Shown one piece after another: positions 24,378 to 34,979 of a stretch of DNA of 46,544 nucleotides. The stretch is from positions 1 to 46,544 of the forward strand of contig NZ_JBICHO010000546.1 of assembly GCF_043100905.1 (NCBI RefSeq), written 5' to 3'. Every line of letters begins with the position of its first letter. Position 1 is the stretch's first letter. Below the pieces are notes generated by a model. It was not told the origin of the DNA, made no database searches, and was given only the letters and a program-made list of their open reading frames with translations. The translations under genes were made by a program, and so were the position numbers. Source of the stretch: Rhodopirellula sp. JB055. Its GTDB lineage: Bacteria > Planctomycetota > Planctomycetia > Pirellulales > Pirellulaceae.

Positions 24378-24401
24378 TGCACCGCCTGGCAATTTGACCT
24401 C

Positions 24402-24456
24402 CGTCCCCTTTTAGCAGGCGCGTCCCCTTTTAGCGGGCCGTCCCCTTTTAGCGGGC
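24402..24456. repeat. Three tandem copies of an 18-19 bp unit, CGTCCCCTTTTAGC(A/G)GGC
   Basis: Copies at 24402-24420, 24421-24438 and 24439-24456. Confidence 0.9.
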
Positions 24457-24479
24457 GTGGGCGACTGGGTTCGTTCAAC

Positions 24480-26198
24480 TCATTGGCCGATGCGGTGGAA
24501 GTACCACACCTGGCTGGACCAATCCGCGGGTGGATGCAAACGAACCTCAGGGCCCGGAACATAGTCGCCGGCTGAGTTCTGGCCCTGAGCCTCGCGGGTC
24601 AGCACACCGTCTTCGGGTGCCCATCCGTTGACCAATCGAAAGCCACCGTTGCCGGCCGGAATGAAGAACCATTGCTGGCTCGTCCAAGCTTCATTGAGGG
24701 CCTGCATCCCGACGGTGCTGCCGGGAAGAATTTGACTGGGATCGTCGTTGGGGTCGGGCTGCCGAGTCAGATAATCCGCCCCATCGCCCCACAGGTTGCG
24801 AATGCGATAGGCACTCGCATCAATCCGTTCCAATTCCCACTTCAAGCTGGACCACGTCTCGGACTGATCGTCCAAGCGCTCGGCATAAACGTCGGTGCCC
24901 GGAACGAACTGGCCATCTGAATTGGGTTGGCCAAAGCGAGCCAAGTAGGACGTTTCCCACTCCCAACCGCTCGTCACCCGGTAAGTGTCAAAAGGCCGAT
25001 TCAAAAGCGTCGCCTGCATCTCCAAATACGCCAACTTCGGCGAGATCGGAACGACGCCATCGCCGCCTGCGATCGGTGTTGCGAACATCGATGTTCCGGG
25101 TGGAATCACCGTGTCCGAGTACCCCGGACGACGATCCGCCAAAGTCAATGTGAAGTCCGTGTCCTGCAACCAAGAGGTCTCATCGGTGTAGTCCCACATC
25201 AAGAACGACTTGCACGCAGGTTGCTCGAGCGCGATCTGCAACAGGTTCGAAAACACGCGAGCTTGTCGCTGAAGTTGTTCCTGCGACGGCGGGCTGCCCG
25301 ATGGATCTTCCGTGTGCACGGCGGCCACATCGCATTCGGTGATGAAGACCTGAAAACCCTCGTTGGCAAACCGCTGAAAGTTTTCGCGGATGCTGTCGTA
25401 GTTGGGTTCGTAACGGAGATCGAGCCAGTGGTTTTGAAAACCAACTCCGTCGATTGGAACACCTTGGTCTCGCAGTCGCTTGCACAACGCCAATAACCGA
25501 TCCGATTTGTCGTTGACCGTTTCGGCGGAGTACTCATTGAGAATCAGCAACGCATTGGGGTCGGCATTATGAGCCCACTCAAACGCTTTCGCGATGTAGT
25601 CCGGCCCCATCGCCGCGTACTCTTTGTACGGCACGAAGTTCTCACCTGTACCAAGCCCCATCCGAAGTCCATCGGCATCCATCACATCGCCGTTGTCACC
25701 AATGACTTCGTTGACAACGTCCCACACCCAAACACCGCCGGACACACTGCCCGCCATCGTCGAGGTGTACTGCTGCAGAACTTGCTCGACGTCTTCGTTG
25801 GGAAGGTTTTGAAACCAAGGCAGTCGAACATTCTCGGTCGGATAGACCAATACATGAGCGTGAACCTGCATTCCGTTCTGAACCGCCCAAGCAACGTTTT
25901 GAGTCAGTCCCGAAGTATCGATCGGTTGAGCCGGATCGGTCCAAGGACCAAATGGCATGAACGCCTTTGCCGTCACCGCATTGAACTCCGAACGAGCCAG
26001 ATCAAGGGCCGGCGTGTCGAGTGAGTCGGTGTCGTACCCGCCCATCACTCCGCCGATGGCGAAGTTGGGTGGAGCCAACTCCTTCAGCCGATCACCCGGA
26101 AACACCCCTTGGGCTGACGCCTGCCGGTGGACTCCCAACACAAGCGAAAACAGAACCAAGCACGAAACAAACAACGATCGATGTTTTGAGGAGAACAT
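24480..26198 (-). CDS. Secreted GH10 endo-1,4-beta-xylanase with C-terminal ricin/beta-trefoil-like domain
   Basis: Signal peptide; HAHVLVY, WDVVNE (acid/base), IDGVGFQNH and ITECD (nucleophile); C-terminal QxW-like repeats (SQQW, SQVW). Start set at ATG 26198. Confidence 0.88.
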   Translation of the reverse strand: MFSSKHRSLFVSCLVLFSLVLGVHRQASAQGVFPGDRLKELAPPNFAIGGVMGGYDTDSLDTPALDLARSEFNAVTAKAFMPFGPWTDPAQPIDTSGLTQNVAWAVQNGMQVHAHVLVYPTENVRLPWFQNLPNEDVEQVLQQYTSTMAGSVSGGVWVWDVVNEVIGDNGDVMDADGLRMGLGTGENFVPYKEYAAMGPDYIAKAFEWAHNADPNALLILNEYSAETVNDKSDRLLALCKRLRDQGVPIDGVGFQNHWLDLRYEPNYDSIRENFQRFANEGFQVFITECDVAAVHTEDPSGSPPSQEQLQRQARVFSNLLQIALEQPACKSFLMWDYTDETSWLQDTDFTLTLADRRPGYSDTVIPPGTSMFATPIAGGDGVVPISPKLAYLEMQATLLNRPFDTYRVTSGWEWETSYLARFGQPNSDGQFVPGTDVYAERLDDQSETWSSLKWELERIDASAYRIRNLWGDGADYLTRQPDPNDDPSQILPGSTVGMQALNEAWTSQQWFFIPAGNGGFRLVNGWAPEDGVLTREAQGQNSAGDYVPGPEVRLHPPADWSSQVWYFHRIGQ

Positions 26199-26304
26199 GA
26201 TGCGACGGCCACTGGAATCATCCGGAAAATGGAGATCCTTTGGACCTCGCCTTCGCACAGATTGTAGACCGACCCGATCAGGAAGTCTTGGATTCGATCG
26301 ATGC

Positions 26305-27321
26305 TCAAAATTTCCAATTCGCTTCGATAAATACCGCGTCATGCAAATCGAATTCAATCGTATCCTGCTCGTACTCGAGCGAACGGTTGAAGACGTAGCC
26401 GACCTCCACGCCCCATCCCCGATTGCCGGTCACCAAAGTCTCATAGCCACCAAAGACCCGAAGGCCATTCACGGTCAATTCATCGCTCTGGCCGTCTCGG
26501 GCACCACCTTCGCGGGTCACCGCCCACGTGTTGCCGCCGATCGAACCGCCGACAAAGGCCCAGCCTTCCGCCTGGCCTGGATCGACCCACAACCGTCGAT
26601 TGATTTGCGGTCGCGGCATCATCAAATCAATCTTCCATTGCGGCGTCGGCGTCCAACTCAAACCAAACGCTGGCAACACACCGAGGTCACTGCGATCAAA
26701 GTACACCGCCCCCAATGACAGGCTCAGATCGTCGCGGCACTGCCAATTGACCAGTCCCAGCCCAAACAAGCGAAACGCCTTGTCACTCGTTGTGAAATCA
26801 CTCCGAACAGACGGCGTAGCAATCACAATCGTCGAGACTCGTTCGTTCCACTTCTTACGGTGAAACAACGTGACACCAGTGCTGTAGAGCGTCTCAGGAG
26901 CATCCATGCCCGACAGACCGCTGAGATGGTCGGCACGAAAGAATGGACGCACACCGAGCAGGTTGTCGAGACTTCCCAAAGGAATGCCCGTGCTCAGGCG
27001 AACCTCCCAAAACGTCTCATCGAGCCCGCCAGTCGTTCCGGGGCCGACGGGAGAGCCACTGCCATCGGTCAGGAAACCGCCCAGCAATTCGCCACCTTGG
27101 AAGATTCCACGACGGAAGTTTTCGAGCTCAATCTCGGGCGGATCACCCGCCGACCATTGATTGGGCAGGTACTGCAGCGACACCGGTTGAGATGGCAACG
27201 CTTGCGTGACCGGAGGCTGGGCGTGAGCGATCCCAGCGGTGAACCAAAGAAAGCAACCACCCAGATCAAACGATTGCACTCGGCTGACGGTGCGAGATCG
27301 ATACCGTGTGGCCTCATCCAT
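26305..27321 (-). CDS. Outer-membrane beta-barrel protein (DUF6268-like)
   Basis: Signal-like region ending AHA, alternating beta-strand pattern, LMMPRP segment and terminal aromatic IEANWKF. Confidence 0.7.
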   Translation of the reverse strand: MDEATRYRSRTVSRVQSFDLGGCFLWFTAGIAHAQPPVTQALPSQPVSLQYLPNQWSAGDPPEIELENFRRGIFQGGELLGGFLTDGSGSPVGPGTTGGLDETFWEVRLSTGIPLGSLDNLLGVRPFFRADHLSGLSGMDAPETLYSTGVTLFHRKKWNERVSTIVIATPSVRSDFTTSDKAFRLFGLGLVNWQCRDDLSLSLGAVYFDRSDLGVLPAFGLSWTPTPQWKIDLMMPRPQINRRLWVDPGQAEGWAFVGGSIGGNTWAVTREGGARDGQSDELTVNGLRVFGGYETLVTGNRGWGVEVGYVFNRSLEYEQDTIEFDLHDAVFIEANWKF

Positions 27322-27346
27322 GAGGTTTCACTCGTTCAGATGGAAA

Positions 27347-27428
27347 TAGGGCTGACAGGAATCGAACCTGCACTCCCGAAGGAACTAGATCCTAAATCTA
27401 GCGCGTCTGCCAGTTCCGCCACAGCCCC
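27347..27428 (-). tRNA. tRNA-Leu(TAG); CCA not encoded
   Basis: GGGGCTGTGGCGGAACTGGCAGACGCGCTAGATTTAGGATCTAGTTCCTTCGGGAGTGCAGGTTCGATTCCTGTCAGCCCTA: acceptor stem, anticodon stem CTAGA/TCTAG, long variable arm, GTTCGA T-loop. Confidence 0.96.
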
Positions 27429-27574
27429 GTGGCAACCAAACTCCAGTCTGGTCGTGTCTCAGTGCAAACCGTGCACGCATTCGACATGCGAGTCGAACAT
27501 CGTTGCACGGTTGCTTCTCTCTCTTCTGGCGTTTTGCACTGCGGATTGCAACGCCAAAAATGTCGCAGTCCAGA

Positions 27575-28120
27575 TCAACCGGCGCCGGGTTCACCACCTT
27601 CTGCAGCAACCGTTGGCACAACCCAAACCTTGAGGCTGGCGTCGACTTCGCTGTGCAGGTGAATTTTCACGGTGTACAGACCGAGTTCTTTCAAAGGACC
27701 TTCCAAACGGATTTGGTCTTGAGCCAAGGTGATGCCGCTGGCCTTGAGAGCATCGACGATTTCGTGAGGTCCGACACTGCCGTACAGATGACCTTCGTCG
27801 TTGGCGTTGGCTACAATCGTGATCGACTGCTTGGCCAATTCGTCGGCTTGTTCGCGGTAGCTTTTCAGCTTTTCCAATTCGATCGCACGCAATTTTTCGC
27901 GGTGCTTTTCGACCATTCGTTTGTGGTGGTCAGTCGCGATGGTCGCCAAGCCTTGTGGCAACAAGTAGTTCAACGCGTAACCGGATTTGACTTCGACCAA
28001 GTCACCTTGGCGTCCGAGGTGTTCCACGTTGTGGATCAACAGCAGTTCGATACCGCCGTTGGGTCCTTTGGGGAGACGCTTGAAGTGGCTATTCGCACGA
28101 CGAGTCGCTGATTTTGACAT
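27575..28120 (-). CDS. rplI: 50S ribosomal protein L9
   Basis: LGRQGDLVEVKSGYALNYLLPQGLA, GHLYGSV and LKELG motifs. Confidence 0.97.
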   Translation of the reverse strand: MSKSATRRANSHFKRLPKGPNGGIELLLIHNVEHLGRQGDLVEVKSGYALNYLLPQGLATIATDHHKRMVEKHREKLRAIELEKLKSYREQADELAKQSITIVANANDEGHLYGSVGPHEIVDALKASGITLAQDQIRLEGPLKELGLYTVKIHLHSEVDASLKVWVVPTVAAEGGEPGAG

Positions 28121-28196
28121 GGTTCAGGGTCGAAGAAAAAGGGTTCTGATTCGGGTTGATCGGAGAAAACGCACGCGTCAGGCGGAGGTTTTTGAC

Positions 28197-28700
28197 TTAG
28201 AACGGGATATCCGGTTCGTCGTAACCTGGGCCGTTTCCGGTCGGTTGTGAATCATGCGAGGAAGGAGTATTGGAATTGACGTAATTGGAAGGTTGCGAGT
28301 CGACCCGAGACGCACCCGAATTGGGTCGAGAGGCAGCGGGTCGTCCGCCTCCACCGCCGCCACCAGAATCACTTCGGCCGCCGATCATCTGCATGCGTTC
28401 GCCGATTACTTTGACCTTGGAACGCTTCTGACCGTCTTTTTCCCATGTATCCTGCTTCAGACGGCCTTCGACGAAGATGGGTGAGCCTTTGGAAAGGTAT
28501 TCACTGGCAACTTCTGCGGTGCGTCCAAACAACGTGATTTCGAAGAACGAGACGTCTTCGACCCACTGTCCATCGGACGCTTTGCGTTTTTCGTTGACTG
28601 CGATTGAGAACTCCGCGACGGCCATTCCACTGGGCAAGTAACGCAGTTCAATGTCGCGGGTCAAATTGCCCATCAACATCACGCGGTTAAAACTTGCCAT
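28197..28700 (-). CDS. ssb: Single-stranded DNA-binding protein
   Basis: [32 protein letters not shown], Gly-rich linker and acidic DEPDIPF tail. Confidence 0.98.
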   Translation of the reverse strand: MASFNRVMLMGNLTRDIELRYLPSGMAVAEFSIAVNEKRKASDGQWVEDVSFFEITLFGRTAEVASEYLSKGSPIFVEGRLKQDTWEKDGQKRSKVKVIGERMQMIGGRSDSGGGGGGGRPAASRPNSGASRVDSQPSNYVNSNTPSSHDSQPTGNGPGYDEPDIPF

Positions 28701-28734
28701 GGTTGAGTCCTCCCGGAATTCAAATCAATCGTGA

Positions 28735-29157
28735 TCAAGCATCAGCGGTTTCAGCAACCGCTTCGCCGGAGTTTTCGGACGATTCTTCTTCAGCACCTTC
28801 CGCACCGGTTGGCCCGCTGAAGTGTTCACCACGAGCGTTCGCCAAAATGGGCTCAACCAAGCGTGGGTCCAACTTGATTGTCAGTTCACGGATCACAGGC
28901 TCCGCCAATGCGAAAGCTCGCGCCAACTTGGTCAAATTTGGACCTTCCATGCTGAAATAAATCAGGTAGTAGGTGCCCTTTTGGTGCTTGTCGATTGGAT
29001 AAGCGAGCTTTTGCTCCATCCACATCCGGCTGACTTGCACTTCACCACCGTTTTCGGCGATCAGCTCTTCGAGCTGCTTCGCGACTCCACCGGGGTCGCG
29101 TGCGTAGTGGTTGCTATCGAGGATGAAAAGCGTTTCGTAAGTGTTGACTTTTGCCAC
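28735..29157 (-). CDS. rpsF: 30S ribosomal protein S6
   Basis: YETLFIL and KLAYPIDKHQKGTYYL motifs. Start set at GTG 29157. Confidence 0.95.
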   Translation of the reverse strand: MAKVNTYETLFILDSNHYARDPGGVAKQLEELIAENGGEVQVSRMWMEQKLAYPIDKHQKGTYYLIYFSMEGPNLTKLARAFALAEPVIRELTIKLDPRLVEPILANARGEHFSGPTGAEGAEEESSENSGEAVAETADA

Positions 29158-29198
29158 GGGACAGATCGCGGGAGGTGCGGGAATGGGAAAAAAAGTGA

Positions 29199-29771
29199 CT
29201 AAGCGCCGCTGGCGGCATTGTAACGGTTCATTGCTTCCGTCACTCCGTTGGCCACCCAGCAAGCGGTGGCGTCGCAGGAATGCACGATGGCATGTTCCAT
29301 TTCTTCGAGTTCAGTTTTGTCAAACTTGCCCAAAACATAATCAGACACCTGCCATTTTGCTGGCGGACGTCCGATTCCGATCTTTAGTCTCGCCCATTGC
29401 TCGCTGCCTAGGTGACGAATGATGTCGACCAGGCCTTTTTGACCACCAGCAGAACCAGATCGACGCAATCGAACGCGACCGGTTTCGAGGTTCAAGTCAT
29501 CACAAATGACGAGGATGTCTTCCAAGGAAAGTTTGTAAAAATCAATTGCCTTGCGGACACTTTGCCCACTGGCGTTCATGTAGGTATGCGGGCAAAGCAC
29601 CAAAACCTTTTCGTTTTCGATGCGACACTCGCTGATTTCTCCCTCAAATTTGGTCGTCGGGGGAGAACCGACAAACCGACGCACCAGGGCGTCGGCGACC
29701 ATGAATCCGATGTTGTGTCGGGTTTGATCGTATTTCCGACCAGGATTCCCCAAACCGACGACTAATTTCAC
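29199..29771 (-). CDS. pth: Peptidyl-tRNA hydrolase
   Basis: LVVGLGNPGRKYDQTRHNIGF, TYMNASG, GSAGGQKG and RLKIGIGRP motifs. Confidence 0.97.
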   Translation of the reverse strand: MKLVVGLGNPGRKYDQTRHNIGFMVADALVRRFVGSPPTTKFEGEISECRIENEKVLVLCPHTYMNASGQSVRKAIDFYKLSLEDILVICDDLNLETGRVRLRRSGSAGGQKGLVDIIRHLGSEQWARLKIGIGRPPAKWQVSDYVLGKFDKTELEEMEHAIVHSCDATACWVANGVTEAMNRYNAASGA

Positions 29772-30385
29772 TCGTCTGCTTCGCCGGAACCCTTGCTGAT
29801 CACTTCAGGTTCCGCCAAGGCGTCGCCTGCTTCAGCGATTTCTTCATCGCGTCGAGCTTAGATGTGTGCAATCACCGTGTAGCCGTCGGTGATCAATTCC
29901 ACACCCTCCGGCAGCGTCAGATCATTGGCCGTTTTGTGTTGACCAACCCCCAGTTCGCTGACCTCCAAAACCAAGTGGTCCGGGTTCGATCCAGCCGAGC
30001 AACGAATTTCAACTTCGTGAACGTTTTCAAGCAACATGCCACCTTCGCGAACGCCAACGGCTTCACCGTGTTGCACGATCGGCACGCTCAATTCCACTTT
30101 TTCCTTCAGGTTGACCCGAATCAGGTCCATGTGCAGCACTTCAATCCCCAAGGGATCCCACTGCATGTCGCTGACCAAAGCGGTCTCTTCAACATCGCCA
30201 GCCAATTGAACTGTCTTGCTGTGGTGACGCAGCAGGCCTTTGACCTGAGCCGAAGGAACCGCCAAGTGTTCGTTGGCTTCGCCGTGACCGTACAAAACTG
30301 CTGGAACATGACCGTCGCGACGCAAACGGCGAGTGGCGGCCGTGCCGGTGGATTCACGTTTGGTGACTTGAATGACGTCCGTCAT
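29768..30385 (-). CDS. rplY: 50S ribosomal protein L25/Ctc, with an in-frame TAA at 29858-29860
   Basis: RRLRRDGHVPAVLYGH, VLHMDL and VGVREGG motifs. The frame continues past the TAA as ARRDEEIAEAGDALAEPEVISKGSGEADE to a TGA overlapping the pth GTG. Confidence 0.93.
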
Positions 30386-30583
30386 AACGGGGACCGACCT
30401 GGGCAAAAAAAGTGGGTATGGAAGGGGAAAACCGCTGTGAAATCGTGTTCGCAGCCATCATCGTTGAATCAAAAACGGCACTTTGAGAAGTGCGATTCCG
30501 AACACGGGGCGCGGGATTCCTGGCGGAGCAATTTTTCGAAGCACGGCAGTATGCCGATTTCCAGCCTGTCTGCAAGGCCAAAA

Positions 30584-31580
30584 CTACCTGTTTTGCGTCC
30601 TCGATCCAGTTGCACTGGCAATGGCATCGTTGATCGCTTCCAGCATCTGACTCAACTCGGCTTGGTCAAACGTTCGGTTTCCCAGGTGCTCTCGCAAAGC
30701 AGAGGTCCAGGGAACGGACGTTTTTCCAGGCAATTGCTGCAGCGCAAAAGCTCGATCGCTGGGGATCGTCCAGGAGATTTCGTTTCCATCGACATGAATC
30801 GCACGATCCTCCACCGTATCAGCCGGAATGAGGTGAATCGGCATCGCAGCCTCAATCGCCCACCGCTTCGCCCCCGGCGGCGTGCGTTCTTCGTTCAGCA
30901 ACCAAACCGCCATGGCGGTCCGCCCCGTTTGGGGATGCGTCCAAACCAGATGCCGCATTCGACGATCAACGTGCTGGTTGTTGATCGACATCAACGCGGT
31001 GACATCGAAGACGATCAGCGACGTGGTTTGAATCACCACAATCGGCGGATCCATCATCGCTTCGTTTTTGGCCAACACCCGACTGGCGATCATTCCGAGG
31101 TCTGCGCCCAGCGATTCGGCTTTCTCTGAGTTGACGATCGTCGGACGCTTGCCAATCCGATACGAATGCCCCATCCCCACTTCACGGAGCTGGTGCTCAC
31201 TGTTCTCTTGAACGACGGTGGCCATGATTGCCAACCCAAACAGACTGCTGTTCTGACGCACCAAGTCGGTGACGTCTCCAACGTCACCATGGGTCAGCTT
31301 GGGCGTGCCCAAAAACAACAGTTGATTGAATCGATCTCGCGGCATCGACTGGGCCACCAAACCAGGCGGCAGTCGCACGACCCCGGAGTCGATGCCCCAA
31401 GTCGCTTTGGCCTGCGGTTGCTGGGCCGCGACCGAACGCATGCCAAGCACTGATGGCAGCAGCACGCTCGCGAAAATCAGACCACCCCAAACGGCAAACG
31501 CCAAACCAACCTGAAGCAGGCGGGTTTGGCGATGCGAGTCAGATTCCAAAAGGATTCGTTCCATCGGGAAGTCAAAGTGC

Positions 31581-31588
<8 letters not shown>
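30584..31588 (-). CDS. Hypothetical exported or membrane-anchored protein
   Basis: 334-aa ORF overlapping the clpX stop, with an N-terminal hydrophobic segment. No family recognised; start uncertain. Confidence 0.65.
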
Positions 31589-32864
<1,276 letters not shown>

Positions 32865-33308
32865 ACACGACTCCTTACTTTTATGAGTCCAACATTGCGA
32901 GCTCGTCCCTCGGCGTCGGCGGATGACGATCAATGAGGTTTTCGCGAGCAATCGAGCGTCGACACCGAATTCGGCGTTCACGCTTGATTGTACGCGATTC
33001 CTCGCATCCACCGAACATTGAAGGCTCGTTCTCGCAAAAGAACTCGACACATCGAACGGATCGGCCACGACTCGAATGCTTTTCAACACCTTGTGACCCG
33101 GATTTGCATCCGAATCAACCCGCGCCGAAGGAACATCCTTGTCCTCGAAGCTCGAGCCACTCGTGGTTTGGTAATGGGTTTCATCTGGTGTCGATGATTG
33201 GTATGCCCATGAATTGGGAGGGCGAATCATCAACGGCGTTATTGGGTGACAACAAGATCGGTTGTTTTCGACAGCTCACCATTTTTCCGGTGCCTTGATC
33301 GTTCAGGT

Positions 33309-33659
33309 TCACGATTCGTTCTCGCCCGCCTCGTCGGAACGAAGCGGAGGAAAAGAACCGGGACCGGAATCGGCCTGGGAGGCGGAGGGAACCGGAGGAT
33401 CAGTTGTCGAAGCGGAAGTTGACCGCGTTGCTGCTTGTATAGTTCGGAATTCCTCTTCGCTGATGTCACCTTTGCGTCGCATTTCTTCCAGGTTTGCGAA
33501 CACTTCTGGGGTGTCTAGCTGGTCGTCAGTGTTGTAGTCGCGCAACCTTGCCAACACCCAAAATGCGAGTGCAATCAAGATGGCTAGAACCACTAGAGCA
33601 ATGCCAGCCTGCACGGCCGGTTTTGCAATCACATCTGTCACAACCGAGACTTCGTTCAT
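33309..33659 (-). CDS. Small membrane protein with SHOCT-like motif
   Basis: One TM helix, then LEEMRRKGDISEEEFR. Confidence 0.7.
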   Translation of the reverse strand: MNEVSVVTDVIAKPAVQAGIALVVLAILIALAFWVLARLRDYNTDDQLDTPEVFANLEEMRRKGDISEEEFRTIQAATRSTSASTTDPPVPSASQADSGPGSFPPLRSDEAGENES

Positions 33660-33803
33660 AAGTGCTGACTTGGAAGTTCGACACCGTCTCGAACTCGCGG
33701 ACGAGTCCTCGCCGGTGCACTTTGATCATAGGAGTGTCCTGGTCGGACGGTCCACTTGCAATTGTCGCAAAAAACAAGGCTTTCAGGTTTCACGAATCCC
33801 GTT

Positions 33804-34754
33804 TCACGCCCGCTCGCATGCCTGACGCCACCACCGGCACTGCAAAAGGTGCTGCATTGCTAGACGCGGAATTCGCAGGCCTTGTTCACTGTGCCCCTCG
33901 ACCCGAGCGATCACGGGCCCAGCGAATCCCATTTTCCCCAATGTCTCGGAGACCCGCCGAAGCGACAGCTCGCCCGTGCCGATCGGCGTGTCGTCTCGCC
34001 CGACCGTCCCCAGCGGCAATTCGCGAGGCGGCGGGCCCGGCCACCGATGATCGCACAAATAAACGAGCTTCAACCGTTCTGCGTTTCGCTGCAGCCGCGC
34101 TCCCAACGGCATCTCCCCCGCCGCAACCATTTCACCCAAATCGGCCGCCAACCCCAATTCGACCGTCGGGGACAACCACTGACACATTCGCTCAAACTCA
34201 GCGACGCTTGAAATCGCATGCCCGGTCGCGGGCCGCAGTGCAATCGAAACGCCCCGTTTCTCGGCATACGAAGCCAGCGATTCCAGCCTCGCGGCCAATC
34301 GCTCCAAATCCGATTCGCTCAATCCTGGCGAAAATTCGTCTCGTGGCCAGACGCCTGATCCCAACGTCAACACGGTTCCCGGACGCCGTTCGGCCATCCG
34401 AATCCAGTGCTGGCACCACTGAACGGTGGTCTGCACCAAATCTTCATCTGGATCGACCAACGACGGCATCGCCGCTTTCTCGCTATCCAGCACAAACGGT
34501 GATTCGGTGTCGATCACGACCTGACAACGATGCAATCGAGCTTCATCTAGAAAGCGATCCCAGGAGTCTTTTTCCGCTCCGCTCTCCGCGTTCAATGAAA
34601 ACACACCGCCAGCGGCCCCCTGCTCCCAGGCAAAAATTCCCCGCCGCGGGCGAACGGCGATGCAGCGGTACCCCATCGACGCCAACGATTCGACCACCGA
34701 GATCGGGTCGTGCAACAGCAACCCGCCCGCGTGGTAACCCGGTGTCATCGACAT
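33804..34754 (-). CDS. Sugar phosphate isomerase/epimerase (xylose isomerase-like TIM barrel)
   Basis: LASMGYRCIAV, YAEKRGVSIALRP, GLAADLG, PIGTGEL and GFAGPV motifs. Several usual metal ligands appear substituted. Confidence 0.7.
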   Translation of the reverse strand: MSMTPGYHAGGLLLHDPISVVESLASMGYRCIAVRPRRGIFAWEQGAAGGVFSLNAESGAEKDSWDRFLDEARLHRCQVVIDTESPFVLDSEKAAMPSLVDPDEDLVQTTVQWCQHWIRMAERRPGTVLTLGSGVWPRDEFSPGLSESDLERLAARLESLASYAEKRGVSIALRPATGHAISSVAEFERMCQWLSPTVELGLAADLGEMVAAGEMPLGARLQRNAERLKLVYLCDHRWPGPPPRELPLGTVGRDDTPIGTGELSLRRVSETLGKMGFAGPVIARVEGHSEQGLRIPRLAMQHLLQCRWWRQACERA

Positions 34755-34979
34755 GATGGTAACCTTGCGTCTTGAATCATCGCTCCCTTTCGGTGGCTCC
34801 CAAACGGATTCATCTGGCAGTGAACAGACAAACCTCGAAGAATGTGCGAATGGCTCAGCGTCCAACGGGCACTTTGCTCGGTGGACGACAGTCCAACTTC
34901 CGAGCAGTCCCGCTCAAAGCTTGGTTGCCGTTCCCGCCCCGCCTTCGCTCCACTCGCTTTCCACTGTAGCTGAATCTCC

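Noticed and set aside
24402-24456. CRISPR array
   Set aside because: Units are directly tandem with no spacers, and no cas genes are present.
29864-31129. 421-aa plus-strand ORF; likewise 33662-34756 and 42972-44315
   Set aside because: They lie antisense to better-supported genes and have no recognisable motifs.
32865-33233. 123-aa N-terminal extension of ClpX
   Set aside because: A strong AAGGAG RBS precedes ATG 32864, and the extension is not ClpX-like.
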